The notes under the pieces were generated by a model, which saw only the letters and a list, made by a program, of their open reading frames with translations, was not told the origin of the DNA and did no database searches. Below are positions 7,969-14,668 of a DNA stretch of 64,000 bases, one piece after another. Within the stretch, counting starts at the first letter, position 1. Each line of letters begins with the position of its first letter. Position numbers and translations under genes: made by a program. This DNA comes from a virus: the IMG/VR virus record IMGVR_UViG_3300024346_000008, positions 1-64,000 of that record; one strand, 5' to 3'.

Positions 7969-8040
7969 GCACTGCAAGCATTAATGGTGATGCAGGAGGC
8001 TTTTAACCTTCAGAACACGGATCGTTACCGTGGCGGTGCA
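7969..8040 (+). tRNA. tRNA-Lys(TTT), atypical T loop
   Basis: ggagg-CT TTT AA-ccttc; T loop ATCGTTA. Confidence 0.8.
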
Positions 8041-8111
8041 CTGATTATATGTAAACCAGTTGTTTGACATTCTTCTACTCTACGTATATACGTACACAAA
8101 AGGAGAATTAT

Positions 8112-8537
8112 ATGAAAAAACTTCCACCAAAATATTGTTTATATTGTAATATTATGTTATCGTCTGCACATGGCCATCGTAGAGGAGCAAAATATTGTAA
8201 CAACCAATGTCAGCAAGATTATCAATACAAAGTTTATATTGATAAATGGAAGCGCAGAGAAATTGACGGGTCTAAAGGACTTGGAGTATCTGCATATGTG
8301 AAACGATATCTCAGACAAAAATATAATAATAAATGTTCTAAATGTGGATGGAGTAAACCAAATCCAATAACTGGCCAAGCAATTTTAGAAGTAGACCATA
8401 TTAACGGAAACTGGAAAGACAATTCAGAAGAAAATCTAGATCTCATTTGCTGCAATTGTCATACTCTTACAATAAATTATAAAGCTTTGAATATAGGAAA
8501 CGGAAGAAATAGTTATTTGAAATCTTTGGAAACGTAG
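8112..8537 (+). CDS. HNH homing endonuclease, free-standing
   Basis: CSKCG, LEVDHINGNWKDN, NL..ICCNCH; AGGAG SD. Confidence 0.9.
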   Translation: MKKLPPKYCLYCNIMLSSAHGHRRGAKYCNNQCQQDYQYKVYIDKWKRREIDGSKGLGVSAYVKRYLRQKYNNKCSKCGWSKPNPITGQAILEVDHINGNWKDNSEENLDLICCNCHTLTINYKALNIGNGRNSYLKSLET

Positions 8538-8545
8538 TACAATTA

Positions 8546-8620
8546 CCGCCACGAGCCAGCTAGGTTGACGGCGCTCGTCTTATATACGAGAGATGCTCGG
8601 TTCAAATCCGAGGTGGCGGA
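8546..8620 (+). tRNA. tRNA-Ile(TAT)
   Basis: CCGCCAC/GTGGCGG-A; ctcgt-CT TAT AT-acgag. Confidence 0.8.
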
Positions 8621-8622
8621 CT

Positions 8623-8745
8623 TTAAAATATTAATCATGCGTAAAAGGAACGGATAGATACTGGACGAGGGTGGCACCTCACCGAAGGGTTTAAAGTAAG
8701 AGCCAGTCCTAATGTTCTGCCACCAGCCTCTGATTAATATTTTAG
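8623..8745 (+). ncRNA. putative pseudoknotted ncRNA
   Basis: 15-bp closing stem; loop GGTGGCA pairs TGCCACC. Confidence 0.6.
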
Positions 8746-8783
8746 TTTTGAAGTACACTAAATACTAAACACTAACAGGAAAT

Positions 8784-8951
8784 ATGACTAAGACAAAAAC
8801 TCTGCAAGACGGTGAATTGGTAAAAACTTCTCTTATTGCCCTACGAGATGAATTTATTCAAAAGAGTGGCAATGGAAGATATGATATTCCATTAAATGAA
8901 GTAATCATGAAAATTAACTCTTGCTTATTTTCAAAGTATCCAGTAATTTAG
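8784..8951 (+). CDS. 55-aa hypothetical protein
   Basis: AGGA SD; preceded by 22-bp repeat. Confidence 0.55.
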   Translation: MTKTKTLQDGELVKTSLIALRDEFIQKSGNGRYDIPLNEVIMKINSCLFSKYPVI

Positions 8952-8985
8952 TTTTGAAGTACACTAAACATTAAAAAGGAATATA

Positions 8986-9201
8986 ATGACGCGAGAATTC
9001 TTGTTGAGTGGCACAGAAATAGCAGAAATGAATAAGATTAGAGAAGCTGTTAAATATTTATTTGGTCAACACTGTATTAAGCTTGAAGAACATATCTTTT
9101 CTTCTGGCGGTGGTATAGGTCCACACTGTATACACTTTCGACTTGTAACTACCGAAGATGTAGAAGTACGAAAGGATGTTACTGATTATGGTAGTTGGTA
9201 A
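8986..9201 (+). CDS. hypothetical protein
   Basis: AAGGA SD; GGGIG...DVTDYGSW; preceded by the same 22-bp repeat. Confidence 0.7.
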   Translation: MTREFLLSGTEIAEMNKIREAVKYLFGQHCIKLEEHIFSSGGGIGPHCIHFRLVTTEDVEVRKDVTDYGSW

Positions 9202-9207
9202 ATATAT

Positions 9208-9281
9208 GGTCCTATAGCTCAGTCGGTTAGAGCAGTGCACTCATAATGCAACGGTCGCGGGTTCAATTCCTGCTGGGACCA
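9208..9281 (+). tRNA. tRNA(CAT), probably Ile2
   Basis: TAGCTCAGTCGGTTAGAGC D arm; CT CAT AA. Confidence 0.85.
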
Positions 9282-9334
9282 CTTGGTGAGTAGGTAAGAT
9301 GAAGATGGCTAGCTATTTCTTATCGTCGTCACCG

Positions 9335-9396
9335 ACGAGTTTACTTTCCGAGTTCTCGTACGCAAAACTCCGACGAATGATTCACGATAAGAATCA
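9335..9396 (+). ncRNA. pseudoknot-plus-hairpin RNA motif, copy 2
   Basis: covaries with 5958-6018. Confidence 0.7.
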
Positions 9397-9400
9397 ATCT

Positions 9401-9472
9401 GCATGTGTCATATAACGGTCATTATCCAAGTTTTCCAAACTTGAGACGCGGGTTCGACTCCCGCCACATGCT
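9401..9472 (+). tRNA. tRNA-Gly(TCC)
   Basis: caagt-TT TCC AA-acttg; U73. Confidence 0.9.
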
Positions 9473-9474
9473 TT

Positions 9475-9592
9475 TGTGGTTAGCAAGAGAGCAGTAACGA
9501 CTAACAGGTCCGGAAGGCACCTAATAGGGACGAACATTGGGTGCAGGTAATTGATGGCCCACAGGCAATTACTGATTGAGTTAGTGACCACA
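9475..9592 (+). ncRNA. putative pseudoknotted ncRNA
   Basis: closing stem TGTGGTTA/TGACCACA; crossing helices GTCC/GGAC and GCACCTAAT/ATTGGGTGC. Confidence 0.6.
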
Positions 9593-9629
9593 CCTTGACA
9601 AACTACATTCAGTGTAGTATATATAAAGA

Positions 9630-9779
9630 GTTCGGTAAATCAAAGATACGAGGTGTCCTTATTCAATAGGAAATTAATTGGTGAAAGTCCAATACTGAAT
9701 TGTAATATTGCAATAATTCCGTAGGAGTGACTACCCACTATGCTTGGTAGTCGATTCGGTGAAACCCCGTCTATTGCAA
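9630..9779 (+). ncRNA. two tandem tRNA-like RNAs with TGAAA-type T loops
   Basis: 7-8-bp acceptor-like stems stacked on GG-TGAAANN-CC hairpins; promoter TTGACA-17-TATATA at 9595. Confidence 0.45.
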
Positions 9780-9873
9780 AGTTTTCCCGTGGGCATACAT
9801 GGGTGATAGGTAAATGACATTTTAATGCTCAACATGCCGATTAAAATAAAATAATGAATGGAAGTAATGGTTT

Positions 9874-9946
9874 GCTACCTTAGCTCAGATGGTAGAGCGC
9901 CTCATTTGTAATGAGGATGTCGCGGGTTCGATTCCTGTAGGTAGCT
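9874..9946 (+). tRNA. tRNA-Thr(TGT)
   Basis: cctca-TT TGT AA-tgagg. Confidence 0.9.
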
Positions 9947-9948
9947 CT

Positions 9949-10029
9949 GGTGGTGGGTGCGGGTTCGAATCCCGTTACAGCGATGCGACTTTAGCTATGC
10001 TGTATAGCTTAATGGTAGAGTGCCACATT
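9949..10029 (+). ncRNA. circularly permuted tRNA-like RNA (YrlA-like module)
   Basis: T arm precedes D arm; acceptor stem closed by a 14-nt linker. Confidence 0.75.
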
Positions 10030-10031
10030 AT

Positions 10032-10106
10032 AGGGGCGTAGCGTAGTCCGGTTATCGCGCTTCGTTTGGGACGAAGAGGTCGGGGGTTCGAATCCCTCCG
10101 CCCCTA
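10032..10106 (+). tRNA. tRNA-Pro(TGG)
   Basis: cttcg-TT TGG GA-cgaag. Confidence 0.9.
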
Positions 10107-10108
10107 CT

Positions 10109-10237
10109 TTATTAGATGTGTGTGACTAATGGGCATTCACTTGTATGTCGAAGAGGACAACGATACTAAGCAAGATAGTAAACCGCAGACCTCACAAGTA
10201 CAGAAAATCTTGTCAATTTTCTGCGTACATCTAATAA
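10109..10237 (+). ncRNA. putative structured ncRNA
   Basis: 14-bp closing stem plus internal helices. Confidence 0.55.
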
Positions 10238-10242
10238 CACTT

Positions 10243-10325
10243 TGTGTTGTAGAAGTCATAAACGATGGATAAGGTGGAGGCCATCTTCGTGGAAACACGA
10301 CTCTCTCCGACCCGTCTACAACACA
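10243..10325 (+). ncRNA. putative pseudoknotted ncRNA
   Basis: 11-bp closing stem, GAAA tetraloop, crossing GATGG/CCATC and GGAG/CTCC. Confidence 0.55.
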
Positions 10326-10328
10326 TTT

Positions 10329-10411
10329 GGAAGCGTGGCAGAAAGGCTATTGCATCAGACTTGAAATCTGACGACCGCAAGGTCATGTGGGTTCGAATCC
10401 TACCGCTTCCG
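10329..10411 (+). tRNA. tRNA-Ser(TGA)
   Basis: long variable arm; CT TGA AA; G73. Confidence 0.9.
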
Positions 10412-10428
10412 TAAATATAATTGTAACG

Positions 10429-10710
10429 AATCATAGTGAGTATTCCGGATAGACGCTATGAATAACGACTTAGGGGGGCGTTGATAGGTGTGCCTAAGCC
10501 TTAACTATCTGCGAGGATAGGTAAAGGGAATCAACGCCGTTATGATTATATGAAATAGCCGTAGAATGTCTTCCTCTATATTATAGTGGCGAGACTAGCA
10601 TGGTGTTAGGGATGGCCTCTTAACACACGTCGATGAACTGCTGTTAGACAGTCATTCTACTACTCATTGCCAGTTGAGGAAAGCGCGCGGACTGATCACC
10701 CGAACTGGTA
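10429..10710 (+). ncRNA. three adjacent putative structured ncRNAs
   Basis: closing stems at 10429/10547, 10561/10660, 10668/10710. Confidence 0.5.
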
Positions 10711-10713
10711 CAC

Positions 10714-10794
10714 GCACTTATGGTGGAATGGCAGACACGAACGCCTTAGGAGCGTTTGCTTAACAGCGTGGGGGTTCAAGTCCCTCTAAGTGCA
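10714..10794 (+). tRNA. tRNA-Leu(TAG)
   Basis: aacgc-CT TAG GA-gcgtt. Confidence 0.9.
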
Positions 10795-10797
10795 TAA

Positions 10798-10871
10798 CAG
10801 GTATGCGGCCCAGATGGCAGGGGCACCCGCCTGTGGAGCGGGGGAAGCAGGTTCGAATCCTGCCTACCTGA
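10798..10871 (+). tRNA. tRNA with His anticodon (GTG), atypical acceptor
   Basis: cccgc-CT GTG GA-gcggg; C1-G72, A73, no G-1. Confidence 0.7.
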
Positions 10872-10875
10872 TTTT

Positions 10876-11025
10876 GATGGGACGATTGCCCAAAAAACCG
10901 CTATAACGTGCTATAAGTTTCGACTTAGTTATATGTTTGAGGGGATGGCGGACTTCGAAGACGCCCATCCACGGCCTGAACCTGCCGGATTGAAGATGTG
11001 AAAAGATAAAGTCATCTATGGTTCA
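10876..11025 (+). ncRNA. putative structured ncRNA(s)
   Basis: UUCG hairpin, GGATGG/CCATCC, loop TGAACC pairing GGTTCA. Confidence 0.45.
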
Positions 11026-11030
11026 TTTAT

Positions 11031-11102
11031 TCCCAGATAGCTCAGCGGTAGAGCTAGCGGCTGTTAACCGCTCGGTCGGGGGTTCAAATCCCTCTCTGGG
11101 AG
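11031..11102 (+). tRNA. tRNA-Asn(GTT)
   Basis: agcgg-CT GTT AA-ccgct; G73. Confidence 0.9.
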
Positions 11103-11179
11103 CTAGCTGAACACTCTGTTCAGTGGTAGGACAATCTCATAAAATGTGAGATTGCGTTTTCATTTTAAAGGAGTACAAC

Positions 11180-12304
11180 ATGAAGAGAGTTTTGTTTGCA
11201 GCAGTTGCAATGCTTAGTCTCGCGGCATGTGATAATGCAGTGGTTGCCCCAACGCTAGTTGCACCGGCGGTTACAACGGTATCCATTAATGTTACAGCCG
11301 CACAGATTGAAGTTGGTCGTACTATTACCATTACCCCAACGGTTAAGGACCAGCGGGATTCAGTGATGACAGGGCGCACGGTTATCTGGTCATCATCCAA
11401 TACAGCAGTGGCTACCGTATCGAACGGCGTGGTCACGGGCGTATCAAAAGGTCAGGTAACAATTCAGGCCACGGTTGAAGGAAAGATTGCTTCGGCAACA
11501 ATCTTTGTGACCGACGCGTCAGTTGCCACGGTTACATTGAACGCCCTTGTTCCATCCACATTTTTTGTAGGACAGTCAGTACAGGCCACCGCAACATCAC
11601 GCGATATTGCGAACAATGTGTTGACTAACTACGCAGTGGTATGGACTTCCAGCAATCCTGCCGTCGCTAGTGTTGGTCCAGCCGGATTGATTACCGCAGT
11701 ATCGGCCGGTGTGTCTACGATTACGGCAACCACGGGCGGCAAGTCGGCAACCTTGGTGGTTACGACCTCGTTAGTTCCTGTGTCTACCGTGACCGTGGCG
11801 GCATTGAAGCCTGCACAGATTGGTCGCAGTATTCAGTTGTCGAATGTCTTGAAGAATGCAAGTGGAGCAACATTAACTACGGATCAGCGCATTCTTTCGT
11901 GGGCTAGTACGGACAATACCATCGCTACCGTATCGTCCACCGGTGTTCTTACGGGCATTTCCGCCGGCACGACTATCGTTACATGTGTCGTTGAAGGTAA
12001 GGTTGGGTTGCTCAATGTGACCGTGAGTGAAACGGGTATTGAGTATCTTAGAGTACTTCCCGATAGTGCAAATATCAAAGTGGGTAACACGCGGCAGTTC
12101 TTCGTACAGGCGTTCGATGTAGATAGTGTAATGTTGACTACAGCAGCATTGAACGGTCGGTTACCTACATGGACTTCTTCGGATTTGTCGAAGGCGGTTA
12201 TTACTACTGATGGGTTGGTAACAGCAGTATCGGTTGGTACCTCCGACATTATTGCAACCATTGGTACAGTAAGTAAGTCAGCAAAGGCAGTCATCGTTCC
12301 GTAA
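11180..12304 (+). CDS. lipoprotein with four Ig-like (Big_2) repeats
   Basis: lipobox LAAC; four W.SS...VATV..G.VT.VS.G repeats. Confidence 0.9.
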   Translation: MKRVLFAAVAMLSLAACDNAVVAPTLVAPAVTTVSINVTAAQIEVGRTITITPTVKDQRDSVMTGRTVIWSSSNTAVATVSNGVVTGVSKGQVTIQATVEGKIASATIFVTDASVATVTLNALVPSTFFVGQSVQATATSRDIANNVLTNYAVVWTSSNPAVASVGPAGLITAVSAGVSTITATTGGKSATLVVTTSLVPVSTVTVAALKPAQIGRSIQLSNVLKNASGATLTTDQRILSWASTDNTIATVSSTGVLTGISAGTTIVTCVVEGKVGLLNVTVSETGIEYLRVLPDSANIKVGNTRQFFVQAFDVDSVMLTTAALNGRLPTWTSSDLSKAVITTDGLVTAVSVGTSDIIATIGTVSKSAKAVIVP

Positions 12305-12319
12305 GGACGATGGCTGGTT

Positions 12320-12391
12320 GGTCCCATAGTTCATCGGTTAGAATAACGCACTGTCACTGCGTAGAGACGAGTTCGATTCTCGTTGGGACCG
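12320..12391 (+). tRNA. tRNA-Asp(GTC)
   Basis: acgca-CT GTC AC-tgcgt; G73. Confidence 0.9.
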
Positions 12392-12418
12392 TTTACATAA
12401 TGCAAGGATATAAAAACT

Positions 12419-12667
12419 ATGCGTGAATCGTTAACGAGAGTAGAAGAGTTGCCATCAGGTAAGCGAGTGTTCTATATTGATGTTGGTAATATACCAACTG
12501 ATCAAGTTGAGGAGTATATGAAGCGTATGAGGATCGCCCTTCATGAACCAGATTCATATGTACTCCCAGTACGGTCGCACAACCGGACATTTGATTTGGA
12601 ACAACACTTGATGACAATAGTAATTTTTATACAAGTATTTATATTGGGATTAACATTAATTAAATAA
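12419..12667 (+). CDS. small membrane protein containing a T4 gp20-type portal segment
   Basis: RVFYIDVGNIP...EEYM and YVLPVR; C-terminal hydrophobic helix. Confidence 0.65.
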   Translation: MRESLTRVEELPSGKRVFYIDVGNIPTDQVEEYMKRMRIALHEPDSYVLPVRSHNRTFDLEQHLMTIVIFIQVFILGLTLIK

Positions 12668-12730
12668 AGATTGGCTTGATGTGTCCTTAAGTGAAGGGAA
12701 CTGGTAGACTAGACTTCACAACATCATTTC

Positions 12731-12803
12731 GGGCAATTAGCTCAGCGGTTAGAGTCCTCGGTTTACATCCGAGTTGTCGGGGGTTCGAATCCCTCATTGC
12801 CCA
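12731..12803 (+). tRNA. tRNA-Val(TAC)
   Basis: ctcgg-TT TAC AT-ccgag. Confidence 0.9.
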
Positions 12804-12819
12804 CTTACCTTTTAACCAA

Positions 12820-13425
12820 ATGTATATGACAAGTTTCTTACAGAAGTTACATCGTACAGTATATCCTCACAATACGCTTCACATTCCAACCCTTAAACGC
12901 GGCCAATGGTATGATGTCGATACCAAAATGTTTGAAGCTATGTTTACGCTATTATGTGAGTATGTCGAGAACGAATGCGCACATATGGAATTAATGGATA
13001 CTAAAAAATATAGCAGATGGACACGGTTGCAACATCGATGGATTCCGAGAAAGTTTCGCAAAGCTCTTTCCCGTGAACTTGGATTAGCAAATTTAGATTG
13101 GATGGCAAATGTTGAAAATGCGCCTCAACATCAAGTCGATATGAGTCAAATGACCAAAGAGCTATATCTATGGTACAACGATGAATATCCACAGATGAAA
13201 GACCCCTATGAAACCGTTATTGATCCACAGTTCTTATTTGTTGATGAAAACAATAATCCCACCAATGATTTTGCCTCACCAACTTCAGACCGTGCAATGA
13301 ATCGTTTCCATCCCGATTACCGTGATATGTTGGATACCTTAAATGCAATGGAAGAAGCCCAGCAAAAAACAATCGATATGAAGTTAGAAGACCTTTTAGC
13401 CGTTCGACGGAGTTTGTGGACTTAA
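12820..13425 (+). CDS. hypothetical protein
   Basis: ORF; start moved downstream of tRNA-Val. Confidence 0.75.
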   Translation: MYMTSFLQKLHRTVYPHNTLHIPTLKRGQWYDVDTKMFEAMFTLLCEYVENECAHMELMDTKKYSRWTRLQHRWIPRKFRKALSRELGLANLDWMANVENAPQHQVDMSQMTKELYLWYNDEYPQMKDPYETVIDPQFLFVDENNNPTNDFASPTSDRAMNRFHPDYRDMLDTLNAMEEAQQKTIDMKLEDLLAVRRSLWT

Positions 13426-13493
13426 CTGGAATTAAATATAAATAAAGGAAATTTTTTAATATATAATATTTAATAGAAACTTTTATATACCCC

Positions 13494-13522
13494 TTGACAA
13501 TTGTGGATATATGTGTTATATT
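13494..13522 (+). promoter_or_regulatory. sigma70-type promoter
   Basis: TTGACA-17-TATATT after an AT-rich tract. Confidence 0.8.
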
Positions 13523-13570
13523 TATAATATAAGGTAATAAACACTAAACTCTAAACACCAAGGAATTACA

Positions 13571-14668
13571 ATGTTTACAAAGAATCTCCCGCCAATTCGT
13601 TCTAAGCAGTGCGGCAAGGCAATGGAGTTTGTTCGATATGAATTCGTCAATCTGTCTGATATTGCCCCCGAAAGTGAAGACGCTCACAATTCTGCACGGG
13701 CAAACGGAATTGACCAGAAAAGAGTGTCTATGTGGATGGACATGATCACCGCAGGAGACTATACCCCAGCAGACGGCGGTAAGATTACGCCACCAACGGT
13801 CACCGAACTGTCGGATAATCCAGAAGGATATTTGTATCAAATGGCGGACGGTCACACCCGCCGGCAAGCAATGGCGCAACTTAATAGCACGGAACCGTTT
13901 CTTGTTGCGATTGTAAGGTTTCATGATCTTGCGCCTTATACGGCGGCAGAATGGAAAATTATTTTTATGTCAGAAGCCAATAATACAAAAGCTCGTGGTT
14001 GGATGAGTACCGATGGAACTGATGCCGATACGTTGAAGCTGATGGAGAATCTTGCACAGGGGATGGGAAAGAATTTTACCTCCGCCATGTCCGCAGAAGA
14101 AACGCAAGCTATGGTAACGGAGTGTGTAGATGAGTTGCTGAAGCGCGCTATGGAGACTGCGGCAAAGTTTCGAACCGCTGCACGTGACTATGTGCTAAAG
14201 GTCGCTACTGCCAATGGTTCACCTGATCTTAAAAAGCTTATCGTACGGCGCCATCTTGCGCCTGCCACGAATGCCTACATCAACGAAGTGTGTGAGCCTC
14301 TAGAAATTCCGCAATCAAATGCAATGCACCGCACATTTAGCGTGGGTGATTCGTTGGGCAACGAATATGATTTTCGAGCCGCACTGCAGGTGGTGCCCGA
14401 GGCAGCAATTGATCTTAGCTCGCTAAGTACTAAATTCGTAATAGGTGAAATTACTAAGAAAAACTCAGCCGGTACACCTCTATCACCCGCCGAGGTGCGA
14501 ATTGAACGGGTTCGCGCTACGCAAGGGCCACGAGTTTTCGTTGAACGTATTATGGAGTTGGCTAGCTTTTTCAGTGTAAGGGAACAGCGTGAGCAGTACA
14601 TTGTGGCGATGACTCCGATGTTTAAGCCACAAGTACAGGGCGATCCAGACCACGCATTTTATGTATAA
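13571..14668 (+). CDS. ParB/Srx-like N-terminal domain protein
   Basis: PPTV...YQMADGHTRRQA motif. Confidence 0.6.
   Translation: MFTKNLPPIRSKQCGKAMEFVRYEFVNLSDIAPESEDAHNSARANGIDQKRVSMWMDMITAGDYTPADGGKITPPTVTELSDNPEGYLYQMADGHTRRQAMAQLNSTEPFLVAIVRFHDLAPYTAAEWKIIFMSEANNTKARGWMSTDGTDADTLKLMENLAQGMGKNFTSAMSAEETQAMVTECVDELLKRAMETAAKFRTAARDYVLKVATANGSPDLKKLIVRRHLAPATNAYINEVCEPLEIPQSNAMHRTFSVGDSLGNEYDFRAALQVVPEAAIDLSSLSTKFVIGEITKKNSAGTPLSPAEVRIERVRATQGPRVFVERIMELASFFSVREQREQYIVAMTPMFKPQVQGDPDHAFYV

Noticed and set aside
10668-10710. RNase P RNA or hammerhead (GAGGAAAG, CTGATCA)
   Set aside because: Too short for RNase P and lacks GTCC; core is not CUGANGA and stems are out of register
12691-12819. 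N-terminal extension of the 244-aa ORF, and similar ORFs at 1834, 7430, 9394, 10231
   Set aside because: They overlap tRNA genes; real starts are downstream or the ORFs are spurious
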